A stretch of DNA of 64,000 nt, taken from NCBI GenBank assembly GCA_038087875.1, contig CM075994.1, positions 4,838,001-4,902,000 on the forward strand, given 5' to 3'. Below, one piece after another: positions 49,926-63,702 of this stretch. Every line of letters starts with the position of its first letter. Within the stretch, counting starts at the first letter, position 1. Position numbers and translations under genes: made by a program. A model generated the notes under the pieces. It had not been told where the DNA came from and did not search any database. It was given only the letters and a program-made list of their open reading frames with translations. This DNA comes from Malacoraja senta (taxonomy: Eukaryota).

Positions 49926-52900
49926 TTTTACTATTGGTGGAGGAAATGTCGGTGTTTTCTAGGGGGTTATCGCTGTCAACTTCCTCAGCGAAGTACCTTC
50001 TGGCTCAAGATTGCATTTTCGACGATATTATTCTATTCGCCTCGGAATACCAGCATCGATTCCAGAGGAATTACCCGAATAATTAACGAGTTATTCGGAG
50101 AACATTCCTCATACCCATCAGTTCATCAAACCATGAACACAAATAACGGCGTTAACAGATATATGTGAACCATATTCAACTGACTGATTTCAGCAACGTG
50201 AATTAAAGCATTTAATTATTGTTGCCAACACAAATTTTCCATTGCTGTGTGAAATTGAATCCCGCGCTGAATACCTTCTGTGAAAAGCAAGCTAGTAAAA
50301 TGTATATTTCAAGTTGGTTACTTCGTTCATGTTGCTAGAATTTTCTCTTGCCATCCCTTTTGTCAAATTCAAAGTGCCATCAAAATATGCTTTCCGCCAT
50401 TTGTGCTTCCAAATGACCTTAAATGTGACTGCCTTATCTCAAAATGGTGGCGCAAGCTATATTGCTTTTAACTTCTCAATCAAAATCACTTCCGCAGTGG
50501 ACGTGCTAGCATCTTTATTCTTCTACACCTGTTGCCAAATGTTCTGATTTTGGATGGCCTATTTTACTGAACTGAATGAGTGCAAGTTGGAGCAGCTTAG
50601 ATTTGACTACACCAAAACTTCCGGGGAAGCGACAATGACATGATAAACCCCCAAGTACGCCGCCTAAATTCCGCTTTCGGTGTCGTGTGGATAATTAAAA
50701 AATAGTCAAGTGTTTATAATGTTCAATCTCTTTTGCAATATGATGAACATATATCACATAATTTCATTGCGAGCAATTAGTTCAAACAAAATAAAACACA
50801 CATATCATTGCAAGAAATAAAGTAAAGGAAACAAAGCACTGTTTTCTGTGATCATCGTTTCATAGTGAACTGCAGGTTTATGATTATTTAACAAGAAACC
50901 GAAAGTGAAGGAATTTTCTGCTCTCTTCTTGTTGTTGCCAATGGTAGTCTGACTCCCCCATCGGAAAGAGCGAATTAGTCAACACATGAGTTGATTGCAT
51001 TAAACTCGAGGTCCTCAGACATTACCCGTTTCTTTGGTGATGTACTGTGCAACCTCTTATATATAGATTTCTGTCTCTTTACAATTCTAGAACGTCATTT
51101 TTATTTAAGTTAGCTCAACTTTATCGCTCACCTTTTAACTTCAAACTTTGTTTCGCTTCAGTTAGTTCTGAAAATCAATAAAATTAGTTTATTATTTTTT
51201 CCCCGACAAAAGGCAGGCATATTAAAATTGATAGTAACAGGCATAATTTCCACGGAATTGATACACTACGTTCAAAGTTCGCAAGGGACATCTGCCACTG
51301 AAGAAATTTGCGTAGACAACAGTACAGTATACATTTTGCACTATACAATTGACATTTAATCCGATTATGTTGTAATGGTTGTTATGTCAAACCGTGGTTT
51401 ACAGTTCACTAGATAATTTACGAATTTTACGCACGTGTTTATTAAAACACGTGATCTATGACTGTGCCAAGGTTTGTGTTCCAGGCTCCCCTATTCATTA
51501 GTTTATCAATGAAGTCAACTTGTTGAACGTTAAGTAATTTGACATTAATTATACTACACATATTAGTATCAATCCAAAAATTCTTAAAATTCATATGTGA
51601 AACCGAATGTCAAATTTAGTTTAAAATGCAAATATGATATTTGATAAACCATGGTCTCCTTCATTCGCTGAGAAAATCAACTCTTGTACTCGTTCTGCTC
51701 GTCGTGCTTCTGTTATTACGATATAATCGCTTTCCAGAAAATCAACTATTACAAACTATTTTTTAAGTGGATAAATTCGCAGATATGCATATTTTAATAT
51801 AACAGCTTTGCAGAACACGTAAATGTTTCCGAAATGACGTATGTGTTGCTTCAATGGTATTGTACGTTCCTTGACCCTGGTGGCCTGTTGAAAGAGTGCA
51901 CAGCCTCTCCTTCCCGTAAACTTTCAGGCAAACGTTCATCGATGAATGCTGGGCTTTAATGACAGCGGCAGAAGAGAACATCAGTTCTAATCGGCCGCAA
52001 CAATGAGCATATAATAGAGCATCCAGTTCCAACAAGACCAGGCTGATGAAAACTCAACCAGGTTTATTACTGGGGAAATAATGAGGAAGATGGCTCAACG
52101 GGCTCATGAAGCGACTTCATTCAATTCTGGAAAAGGCAAGAGGGGAAGTTCGTATGGTGGACCCTGGAGGACAGCATTTGAAAATCTTATTGGTTGACAT
52201 TAATCATACTGGTAACAGCGTGAACTCCAGCCCTCTGGAAGCAGACATGGAAGCACACATTCACCTTTGGATGTTCGTGTCGGACAAACAGATCAAGTCT
52301 TTTGAGTTTGGACCTGCCAGAATGTATGATAAATGTGCACTGCCACCTTCCCTATGGCGATCCATTAAGTGAGTTTAGTTTCCCTGGTGAGAATTATTGC
52401 GTTCTTGCTATAAGTTAGGGTACTGGCATCTGCATTATTTTTTAGACGCGTTCATGCCTACTTTAATTGTCGTGATGAAACAAATTAAGAAGAGTCGTCC
52501 TTGCAGAGAAAACAAACGTGTGGACCAACAAGAGTTTTACCGATGCACATAGTCGGTCGACTGGTTCTTACGTTTATCTATGGCACGCAGAGCAAATGTT
52601 AAGATAGTATCCCAGTGTACATGATCTCTTGCTGTTTTGCAAATTACCAAAGAGGGACAATTTTACCTTGGATATCCCCAATTACCCGAGTCATTAAAAT
52701 TGCAAATGTTTTCAAAGCAATGAGTTGCAAAAAGTCTTCAAAAAAGTCTCAAGGTTTGATGCTTGGGATTCATTACATAAGCACTAGTCGCCACATTAAT
52801 TAGGCGGTGTTTCTGATATTTTCTCAGATAAGATTGGTCTCTAGATTCAACCCTGCTCATCCATGTCGGGGATAGTGAAATGGTGAAAGAACTGCCGGTG

Positions 52901-54104
52901 ATGATTTCGCACAACAGGGCAGATGTAGCATGGCCTGTCCTATCCAGTGGGATGATATGCAATAATTTAAATGGCTAAGTCTGACCTCACTGGAAATTTT
53001 ACTGCTTTACTTGTAATGTAAGTAATTCTGACATCGAAACACTTGAAGATATAAGGAAAAGGATGAAACGCTGTCGCATCGATGAGGACCATTTAATCAG
53101 ATACGTTTTGTCACGGCCGACTTAATAACAAGCAATATTTGTTGCAAATTATAGAGATGAGCCAATGTCCGTTGTCTGTTTTTAGGATCACTGTCAGTTT
53201 TGACTTGGGGTTCTGGGATATGCAAAGTTAATTCTGTTTATACTTCCACAGAAGATGACTGACGTGCAGAATGTTTACAGGATTATTTGGAGAGGGTTGA
53301 TATTTTGGATCATCGGCTAACTCAGAAAGTAGTATTGTGCGATTAAATGTTTCCTGTAAAGCCGCGGTGTTTGAGATATGAGCAGCCAGATTCATTCAGA
53401 TGGATAGATGTCAGCTGTTTTCAACATATTAACGTCCTCTGAATATATCTAAGGCATATGTACCAATGATGAAAGTTTAACGTTAGCGGCGAAATTAATA
53501 CATTTATTTATTATTTCACTAAATATCTGAGGAGAAAATGCCATTTGAAGCAACTAATACATATGCTAAAATGCAGGGGTACCACTCACACTAACTGATT
53601 GGCTGGATTTTTATTTTATTCTTGATATGTTTTGTAATTCGTGTATTCAAAATAGCAATGATCTTTTTAATTCGAAATTACGAACCTTTTTTATTTTCTT
53701 CCAACTGTTTTTCTGCAAAAAAACACAATTTGTCATGGTTGCAATGAGACTAGACTTGGGGAAAAATATTGTGAAAGTTGCTTCTAAGCCTGCAACTACG
53801 ACTGAACGATAACAACCCCATAAGTGCTGACATTGAGCACCGTGTACATATATATTTTGATGCACCTAATTACAACAATAACGGAGAACATGCTCTTCCC
53901 GTATTGTTAATTACACATTTCGTGACCTGTATGTGGGAGAGGGAGGTGGTTGGTTTAGACATGCTTTGGAATAAATCAAGTTTCCATAATAATCACCAAA
54001 ATGTCTCATAATATAATATGTTGGAACAAATAAAAATGACACCTGTCATCTTTAATATTTCAGATATCCCTACTCATTTGCATTCTGGACAGTAATACTT
54101 CTAA

Positions 54105-54450
54105 GAACGGCACGGCGTTTCAGCGTCAGAGTTGTTTTATTGTAGCGCCGAAGACATGGGTTCCATCGCGACTCCGGCGTTGTTGGTCAATTGGATTGGT
54201 ATCAGTGTAAAGCGTCCCTTTTGTGTGTTGGATAGATTAGTTTTAGATTTAGTTTTAGTTTTAGAGACACAGTGTGGAAACAGGCGCTTCAGCCAACCGG
54301 GTCCACGTCGACCAGCGATCCCGGCACATTGGCACTATCCTACACACATTATGGACATTTTTAACATAATAATTCGGGGATTACCGGCCGGTACGAACTC
54401 TGTGGGCCAAAGGGCCGTATTCTGCGCTGTATCTCCGTAATGTAAAACAG
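54105..54450 (+). mobile_element. Nested HE1/V-SINE fragments (antisense 3' end at about 54237-54360 inside a sense copy)
   Basis: Sense head acggcacggcg..gggttccatc and end gggccaaagggcc..tgcgctgtatctc; antisense (ttag)n gagacacagtgtggaaacagg. Confidence 0.65.
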
Positions 54451-55273
54451 AAAACTGATACAATGCACTCGCTGTACGCAGCTGCCAGGTCGTTGTTGGG
54501 CGGGGATTCACCTAGCCTCCTCTAGCGTGAGGCTGGTGGTGCTTACCTTGTGTACATACCGTGATGGCGAGCCGTTGACCATTACCTTTGTGATCGACGG
54601 CAGCTCCGCGGTAGGGTGGGAGCCGAAGGGAGTGGAGACAAGTGGCTTGGAGAGAGTTAAAGAAATTCAACGGGCGAGACGTATGCGATGGAACGTACAT
54701 CGTAAGATGGACGGTGCGCGAATTCCAGACTGTCCGCCAGCAAGGGCACTGAGTAAAGAATGGAAGGGTTGGAATGGGCCGGTGGTGCCACTGCACCAGC
54801 CTCGGGCACGAGCGGCTCAGGCGCCGCTCAAAGGGGCCAAGCTCGCGGATTGGCTGCGGCGTACAGCGGAACGAGGGAGTGGCAGACACGAACAACCTTG
54901 CTTGTCCAAAGCAACCATGAAACACTGCCAGGACAACGGGCATTTAAGGCCAAAATAAGAACTCCACTTTTACACCTAGGACTTGAAACAAGAAATGTTG
55001 CGTCAAATGTGCCAACTCAGTAAACCATCCAGAGGTACACGTGTTTAACTAAGATGGTGCGTTCGTATAATAATACATTTACTGAATTTAATGGAAACAT
55101 GGAATTCCATTCTACCTTGGTTCATGTGACAATACAGTACCATTGTTCTGTTTCGCCTTACCACATTCGCGCAACTTTTTAATGGCTGAAGAAAAGAAAG
55201 CAGAACAATATTATCAATACTTCTTTGCTACGTATACTGATTATTTGAAGGATTTTGTTAACAATATTATTTT

Positions 55274-55710
55274 ATAACCATATAACCATATAACAATTGC
55301 AGCACGGAAATAGGCAATCTCGACCCTTCTAGTCCGTGCCGAACACTTACTCTCACCTAGTCCCATCTACCTGTTCTCAGACCATAACCCTCCATTCCTT
55401 TCCCGTCCATATACTTATCCAATTTATTTTTAAATGATAAAAGCGAACCTGCCTCCACCATTTCCACTGGAAGCTCATTGCACTCAGCTACCACTCTCTG
55501 AATAAAGAAGTACCCCCTCATGTTACCCCTACATTTCTGTCCGTTAATTCTCAAATCATGTCCTCTAGTTTGAATCTTCCCTACTCTCAATGGAAAAAGC
55601 TTATCCACGCCAACTCTGTCTATCCATCTCATAATTTTAAAGACCTCTCTCAAGGCCCCCCTTAAACCTCTGCGCTCCAAAGTATAAAGACTTAACTTGT
55701 TCAACCTTTC
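55274..55710 (-). mobile_element. CR1 3' fragment
   Basis: ERLNKLSLYTLERRGLRG..TRGHDLRI; (ataaccat)n tail; same subfamily as 62162-63702. Confidence 0.9.
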
Positions 55711-56054
55711 CAAACATGAAATTACCGATTAATTGTGTAATGTTTGATTCAATTTCGTAAAATACACTTGTGTTTGTTCAGTAGGTTTGTAAAGTAGCCA
55801 TGATCCAGATTGGAATATTCAAAGTGGTTGATGTGAAGATTAGTACAAGTTATCATAGGTATACCCAAATTCAGATGCCTTCATCTTTAGTGTGCCACCG
55901 AGGGACAGAGAGTGGGAAGATGTCACTGGTTACGTGCAGATTTTCTGTCTGTATTAACCACGTTGTTTCCTGGACTTTTACCGTTAGATGGCACTTGGTA
56001 AGAATGGATGAGTTTGAATGGGCCGCTGGAGCCCCTGCACCATCCCGGGGCATC

Positions 56055-56872
56055 AAGATGGCGGAGCCTTGCGGCGGTGGCCACTGCAGTCCGTCTGTCT
56101 TTTTTATTGTTTGTCCTGTTGAATGTATAGTTTGGTTGTAGTTTATATATTGTTTCAGCTGTGAATATGTGGGGGGCGGGGGGAACTTTTAAATATCTTA
56201 CCTGTACGGAGGACCCGACCTTTTCCCTGTCGGGTCTCCTTTGTCGTTAGTGCCTAGCACCGTGGAGCGGCCTCCAACCGGAACGACCTGGGGGCTCCAG
56301 TCACGGAGCCTGCGGACTCAACATCGTGGTGCTGGCCGGCTTCGGAGCGTGGCGTGCTGCTGCGTGCCGACTTCGGTGCTTCGGAGTCTCCAGCAGCAGT
56401 CCCGGTGGACGGTGACATCGGGAGCTCGTGGGTCCATGGTGGGAGACCGCTTTTCGGAGCTCCCGCAACGGCAACTTCTCCCGCCATAATTGCGGTGTTG
56501 AAAAAGACCCGGAGCGGGGCCTTACATCGTCCGGCGCGATTTTAACGGCCGCGGGACTTGCCATCGCCGGCTGGGGCTCCTACATCAAGATCCGGAGAAG
56601 GGCCTTACATCGACGGGCGCGCCTTAACGGCCGCGGGACTTGCGTACGCCCACCGGGGGGCTTTAACAACGGGAGAAGACTGGAATACAGTGGGGAGACA
56701 ATGATTTTGCCTTCCATCACTGTGAGGAGGAGATTCACTGTGATGGATGTTTGTGCAAATTGTGTTAATTTTGTGTCTTGTTTTTTTTTCGTGTTGTATG
56801 ACTGCAGAAAATAAATTTCGTTTGAACCTCAAATGATGTTCAAATGACAATAAACGGTATTGTATTGTATTG
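56055..56872 (+). mobile_element. GC/CpG-rich non-autonomous retroposon with (tattg)n tail
   Basis: Starts caagatggcgg, ends aataaac..(tattg)n; homologous to 25120-25810; internal duplicated unit gggccttacatcg..ttaacggccgcgggacttgc. Confidence 0.75.
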
Positions 56873-58119
56873 TTACATGTCCCTAAATTTCATCCATCTT
56901 TACCCATTGAACGGAATATCAAAGACACATCGAATGATAAGGTGCTACCAGTCATTTTACTTTTAAGCAAGGATGATTAAAATTGATAGATTTCTAAAGG
57001 ACAACCACTGCGCACCGAAGACGAATTTACGTTAGATGTATCCAATGACTGAAAGATGCGGAATTAATGTGAATCAATCAAGATATTGATGTTGTGTGCA
57101 TTATTTTTTTGAAAGGAAAGGTCGCTATTATGCGGACGTTGCTGACATACACTTTTGCTTATTCGAGCAGCCCAAGATAATTGATAAAATTATTGAGAGG
57201 GAAGTACAATAACGGAGGTATGTAACGATAGGGGCCGTCACATAAACAAAATGATTTTCATAGAATAGACCTCTTCCATACCAGAACTGTTCATGCTTTT
57301 TGGGCCACCAGGCCATCCTTATCTCAAATATTGGAAATTTGAAAATCACTCTTGTGCGTACCTTCATCCTTATCAGAGATCGAAGTATCTGGAAATTAAT
57401 GAACACTGGCTGTATGAGCAATTTCCATTAATTCCTTATTCATCAAGTTTTCCGCATATACTTCCGAATTCCAATGTGCAGCATACACACGTGTTTCATA
57501 TTTCTGCAATGCAAATTTCAATATGCAGAACCAAAATACACGATTGAAACAAACCGTTTGAAATGACTAGTCGAGAAATCATTGCGGTGCAAATTTAATT
57601 GCCTAGTCAAAGAAAATAATGGCAATTATATTCTTAAAAATATTAATGATTGATAGAAAACATATTAATCGGTATATATCATCTCCGATGTTATGTCAAA
57701 CAGATTACAACGTATTCATTTTGTGTCGCATTTGAAACGAACGAAATTGCGACTAAGAATTGCTTGTTATTGAAGTCAGCGGTTCCGAATATCAATTTGC
57801 ACCTGGTCTGCGGGCACTAAGCCGTCAACGCTGGTGTGAAAATTCACATGCTATATATGAAAGCTTGTGAGTAACGTTTGTCTCCTCCCTGGGCCATTGT
57901 TGTTTGTAACCCCAACCATGATATCCCGATCTTACGGCAAAGCCACTATATTTAATCACGCAACGAAGATTAATACATTCGCATAATTTAGCATAGGGGG
58001 TAGCGATCAGCGTCTTCATTTTACGATTTCATGGTTACTTTTTATAATTTTAAATAATTCGTGTGTTTGTGTGTGCGTGGAGGGGGTGGGTCTCCGTGTG
58101 TGTTCGCGTGTGTGTGGAA

Positions 58120-59146
58120 AACACTTCTCCCTGTATATGCTCCCCTTAGGACGTCATTCAAAGGCACGGCATTTCCTTAAATTGCTATGCAGACGGTACA
58201 CAACTCTATCCCCCCTGACGCCCAGAGCCAATCTACTTAACCTTATCCACTGCCTCCAGGATATAAAGTGATGGATGGCCCATAACTTCCTCCAACTAAT
58301 CGAGAGTACGTCTGAGGTTATCCTTCCCGGCCCCTCGATGAAAACGATAGCAGGCAGCCTTGGAAGCCTTACCCCTTACTCAAACCACACGTCAAAATCT
58401 TTGGCGTGATATTTGACTCAGCGTTGAAATTTGTCAAGCCAGTCAATGTCGTGATAAAAGCTAGCTTCTTCCATCTTCGGATGATAGATAAAATAAAACA
58501 ATTCCTTCAGTTTGACGACCTCGAAAAGATTAGCCACACATTTATTTCCTCCCGCCTCGATTACAGCAACTCCCTTTACACTTGCATCAGCCAATCTTCA
58601 CGGTCCCGCCTAGATCTGCTCCAAAACGCCGCAGCGAGACTCCAAACGGGCAGCCGAAAAAGGGACGACATCATTCCGATTCTGGCCTCTCTCCACTGGC
58701 TCCCTGTGCGGCTCCGAATACATTTTAAGATCCTTCATGGGCTTGCCCCCACCTACATCAAAATTCTGCGTACCCACCAAACCACCTCCAGCTCCCTCAG
58801 ATCCGTCGACTTGGGGTTACAGTACATCCCGCGGTCTAGGCATAAGCTCAGGAGCGACCACGCCTTAGCGGTTGCAGCTCCTAGACTGTGGAACAGCGTC
58901 CCTCTTCCCATCAGAACTGCCCCCTCTATCGACTCTTTTAAGTCTAGACTTAAAACTCATCTCTACTCTCAAGCCTTTCTTGACGTCCTCTGAAGGAGGG
59001 CTCTATGTATGTATTTATGTATGTACTTAATCTATTAACCACTGTTGTATAACGTTAGTACCTCCACCAATGTAAAGAACTTTGGTCAACGAGATTTCTT
59101 TTTTAAATGTGCTATAGAAATAAAAGTGACTTGACTTGACTTGACT
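58120..59146 (+). mobile_element. L2 LINE 3' fragment
   Basis: tgctatgcagacggtacacaactc (YAD.TQL), FISSRLDYSNSL, LQNAAAR, LHWLPV, FKSRLKTHL; (gactt)n tail. Confidence 0.9.
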
Positions 59147-59490
59147 TCTAAGATCCTGAGTATACAAGCCCAGCATCTCTATTCTACCAATACATGACAT
59201 TCCTGCCATCCCAGTATTTAACGTGGTGTATCTACGCTGCACTTCTCAATAGCAAGAACGTCCTTCCTCCTATTGGGACACCAAAACTGCTCACAGTACT
59301 CCATATCTGGTCTCAGTGGGGTCTTGCACAACTGCAGAATGACCCCTTTGCTCCTGTTAACAACTCCTCTTGTTATGAGGACCAACATACCATTTGCTTT
59401 CTTCACTGCCTGCTATACATGCATGCTTACATTCATTCTGACGAACAAGGACTCCCAGATCCCGTTGTACCTCCCCTTCCCACTCAGCGA
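59147..59490 (-). mobile_element. CR1 fragment
   Basis: KKANGMLVLITRG..RPDMEYCEQFWCP. Confidence 0.8.
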
Positions 59491-61644
59491 CCCTGACATG
59501 TCAGTGAAAACAACAGCGAGGAAAATGCTACACAGATAAATCGTTGCATTGGAATCAAAATATAAAGGTTATATACGATATGCTACGAAGGAAAGTCAAA
59601 CAATTTACTGAAGTGTTTGCTTCAACTGTAGCGTTATTACTCTGCTTAGAGGTAACTACCAGAAGTAACACGGTCAACATTTATATTCTTGAACGCAACC
59701 AATCTGCCACAATTTCCCGTCATGTACGCATGATACCAGTTATATAGTTATGCAAAATTCATATGACGAGCGAATTACATCCTACATGGAACCATCTACA
59801 GTGCAGCGTAACTACAGGAGTAATAGATTTGCTTTTGTATACTCGGCCATTTTTATAAGCGAAATATAAATGATATAAGAGTCCACCTATTTCAAGTTCA
59901 ACTTCAAGTGCAAGTTCGAATTCATTGTCACATGTGCCAAATGAGGTACAGTGATATTTTATTATTCCTTTGATCATTTCATATATATGTGAGACGTGAA
60001 CTCTGGTAATGATACCAAGGATACAAATAGTGGGTATGCTGAAATCATGAGTCTCTGTTAATCGCAAATGCATCCGTTGCCCTCGACCGTTAAACTTGCT
60101 TAAACATTGTTCATCCTATATTGCAGCGTACGGAATATCAAAGAAACAATATATGATCAGAATATGTGACTGTGCTTCTTGGCATTTCACTTTGAAGCAA
60201 AGATGAATACAATTGATAGATGTCTAAAGGACAACAATACAGTACGGAGCATTAATATTTTCATTATATTGTGTCCACTGCACCAATGAAGCTGCTTTAA
60301 GGCATCTAATCAAGACACGCAGTGGTTGTGGGAAAATATTTTTTGGAACGTTAATTATAATCTGACACTCGCTGAGGTACACTGAGTACATTCCAGTGGT
60401 CAAAAGTTATTCATACGTGCATAGTAAGTGTAAGAACATTGTAAGAGGTAAGTGTAAGAAAGGAGGGATGGAACGGCCAGGGCTGTTTTTACAAAAAAAC
60501 TAATATAATGTCGAGAGTAGTCCTTTTCCACTCTAGAACTGTTCACGGAAGTAGACCAATATGATATTTTGAGTTTCATAGATTGGAAAATTCAAATTCG
60601 TGCATGTGCGTACCCGAAACTTAATCAGATTTTGGTTCATCTGGCACAACATGAAGAATAGCAGAAAGAGTAATTCCTAATTATACATTCGGCATCAAGG
60701 TACTTTGATATCTAACGTATGTACATAGTGTTGGAAATCTGCACGTTCAATGTACCTCCAATAACTGAATTCCTGATATATATGACTTGTTAAATTTCAT
60801 TGCGCGGCAAAGAAAATAATGTAATACCGCGTTTTTTCTGCGATAATATAAATGATTCATAGAAGCAAATTTATCCTTTGAGAGGAGAACATATATTGTT
60901 TTAAACTGCTTGACAAGCGCATGGCCATGCTCGAATATTGGGCTCACTCATAATTCGTAGCATTCAGCGGATCAGACAACATCTTGCTCCATCATGCATA
61001 GTCAAAATCCAGAAATGTCGTGTATTTCCTTCCGCTAATGCTTCATTATCAATTGAGTTATCTCCGCAATATTGATCATGAAGTATTTAATGTGGATGTT
61101 AGCTGGTCCGAATATCAATTTGGAGCAAGTCTGCATGCGTTACCTCTACTGTCTGCTGGGATGGATCGCAGAACGCAGCTGGGAGCCTATGTGGACACCT
61201 GTGCCACCCTGGTACATTGTTGCCTGTAAACACAACCAAAACACGCTGAACTGAAGGCAAAGCATGGGAAATAAAATTAAAATATATGTGCTTGAGATTG
61301 CGATGGAGATACAAATATACTGAAACTGAAACTTATTGTGTAGCGTCCTTACTGTGCTTTGAAGCATCTACCAATAGTAACACTCTCATTGTTATTTAAA
61401 CTTGAATGCAACAACTATGTCATATTATGCCGTCATGTTCGCGCGATACCGGTCGTTTAATTATCCAATGTTCGTATCAGACGCCAAAGTGTATCCTACG
61501 TGGGTAACATATACACTGCAAAGTAACTGCTTAAGTAATAGATTTGTTAATGAATACGCGCCTATTGCAAATATTGACATGTTTAATCCGCAAAATGCGA
61601 AGATCAGTGTAATGCTAGTAAGTCAAAATCTTAACAAATAACTT

Positions 61645-62161
61645 ATAGAAATGATATAGAAACATATAAACATATAAATAGGTGCAAGAGGAGGCCATTC
61701 GGCCCTTCGAGCCAGCCACGCCATTCATTGAGATCATGGCTGATCGTCCCCAATCAAGAACCCGTGCCTGACTTCTCCCCATATCTCTGATTCCACTACT
61801 CCCTAGAGCTCTATTTAACTATCTCTTAAATTCATCCAGTGAATTGGTCTCCACTACCCTCTGTAGCAGGGAATTCCACAAATTCACAACTTTCTGGGTG
61901 AAAACGTGTTTTCTCATCTCCGTCTTAAATGGCTTCCCCTTTATTCTAAGACTGTGGCCCCTGATTCTGGACACGCACAACATTGGTAACATTTCCTGCA
62001 TCTGGCTTGTCCAGTCCTTTTATAATTGTATATATTTCTATAAAACCCCCCTCTCCCTTCTAAACTCCGGTGAATACAAGCCTAGTCTTTTCAATCTTTC
62101 CCCATATGACAGTCCCGCCATCCCAGGTATCAATCTCGAGAAATTACGCTGCACTGCCTCC
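61645..62161 (-). mobile_element. CR1 3' fragment
   Basis: RGHSLRIKGKPFKTEMRK..VVNLWNSL; (catagaaa)-type tail. Confidence 0.85.
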
Positions 62162-63702
62162 ATATAACCATATAACCATATAACCATAACAGCACGGAAA
62201 CAGGCCATCTCGGCCCTTCAAGTCCGTGCCGAACATTTTTTTTTTTTTTTTTTTAATTAAAAATAAATACTTCCCCCTAGTCCCATCTACCTGCACTCAG
62301 ACCATAACCCTCCATTCATTTCCCGTCCATATACCCATCCAATCTATTTTAAAGGATAACATCGAACCTGCCTCCACCACTTCCACTGGAAGCTCATTCC
62401 ACACAGCTACCACTCCCTGAGTAAAGAAGTTCCCCCTAATGTTCCCCCTAAACTTCTGTCCCTTAATTCTCAAGTCATGTCCCCTTGTTTGAATCTTCCC
62501 TACTCTCAATGGGAAAAGCTTATCCACGTCCACTCTGTCTAACCCGCTCATAATTTAAAAGACCTCTATCAAGTCCCCTCTTAACCTTCTGCGCTCCAAA
62601 GAATACAGACCTAACTTGTTCAACCTTTCTCTGTAACTTAGTTGCTGAAACCCAGGCAACATTCTAGTAAATCTCCTCTGTACTCTCTCTATTTTGTTGA
62701 CATCCTTCCTATAATTAGGCGACCAAAACTGTACTCCATACTCCAGAATTGGCCTCACCAATGCCTTGTACAATTTTAACATTACATCCCAACTTCTATA
62801 TTCAATGCTCTGATTTATAAAGGCCAGCACACCAAAAGCTTTCTTTACCACCCTATCTACATGAGATTCCACCTTCAGGGAACTATGCACAGTTATTCCT
62901 AGATCCCTCTGTTCAACTGCGTTCCTCAATTCGCTACCATTTACCGTGTACGTCCTATTTTGATTTGTCCTGCCGAGATGTAGCACCTCACATTAGTCAG
63001 CATTAAACTCCATCTGCCATCTTTCAGCCCACTCTTCCAAATGGCCTAAATCTCTCTGTAGACTTTGAAAATCTACTTCATTATCCACAACACCACCTAT
63101 CTTAGTATCAACTGCATACTTACTAATCCAATTTTCCACACCATCATCCAGATCATTGATGTACATGACAAACAACAGTGGACCCAACACAGACCCCTGA
63201 GGCACCCCACTTGTCACCGGCCTCCAACCTGACAAACAGCCATCCACCATTACACTCTGGCATCTCCCATTCAGCCACTGTTGAATCCATCTTGCTACTC
63301 CACCATTAATACCCAACAATTGAATCTTCTTAACCAACCTTCCATGAGGAACCTTGTCAAAGGCCTTACTGAAGTCCATATAGACAACATCCACTGCTTT
63401 ACCCTCATCAATTTCCCTAGTAACCTCTTCGAAAAATTCAAGAAGTTTAGTCAAGCATGACCTTCCAGGCACAAATCCATGTTGACTGTTCCTAATCAGA
63501 CCCTGCTTATCCAGATGCTTATATATATTATCTTTAAGTATCCTTTCCATTAATTTGCCCACCACTGACGTCAAACTAACAGGTCTATAATTGCTAGGTT
63601 TACTCTTCGAACCCTTTTTAAACAACGGAACAACATGCGCAGTACGCCAATCCTCCGGCACTATTCCCGTTTCTAATGACATTTGAAATATTTCTGTCAT
63701 AG
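62162..63702 (-). mobile_element. Younger 5'-truncated CR1 LINE with RT domain
   Basis: NYRPVSLTSVVGK, QHGF, DFSKAFDKVPH, GVPQGSVLGP, YAVDTK, ERRRLRGDLIE; (ataaccat)n tail. Confidence 0.95.

Larger units (their letters stand above)
46950..56012 (+). pseudogene. Decayed host gene exons with cadherin-repeat motifs (extent uncertain, may span more of the window)
   Basis: + strand relics: SNDTPYY and YGFNGSRVYNL (47080-47200); IKITSAVD..AKCSDFGWPILL (50480-50570); SSPLEAD..LWMFVSD (52225-52285) with a gtgagt donor; RLNDNNP..VHIYFDAP (53800-53870); HDPD and PRDRE (55800-55915) with a gtaag donor; many stops and frameshifts. Confidence 0.5.

Noticed and set aside
50520..50570. NACHT Walker B-like LILDGL reading
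   Set aside because: It is isolated, followed by stops and has no Walker A; the alternative frame gives a cadherin-like SDFGWP motif consistent with neighbouring relics.
52060..52105. RCC1-like VYYWGNN motif
   Set aside because: A single short match bounded by stops, with no repeat series.
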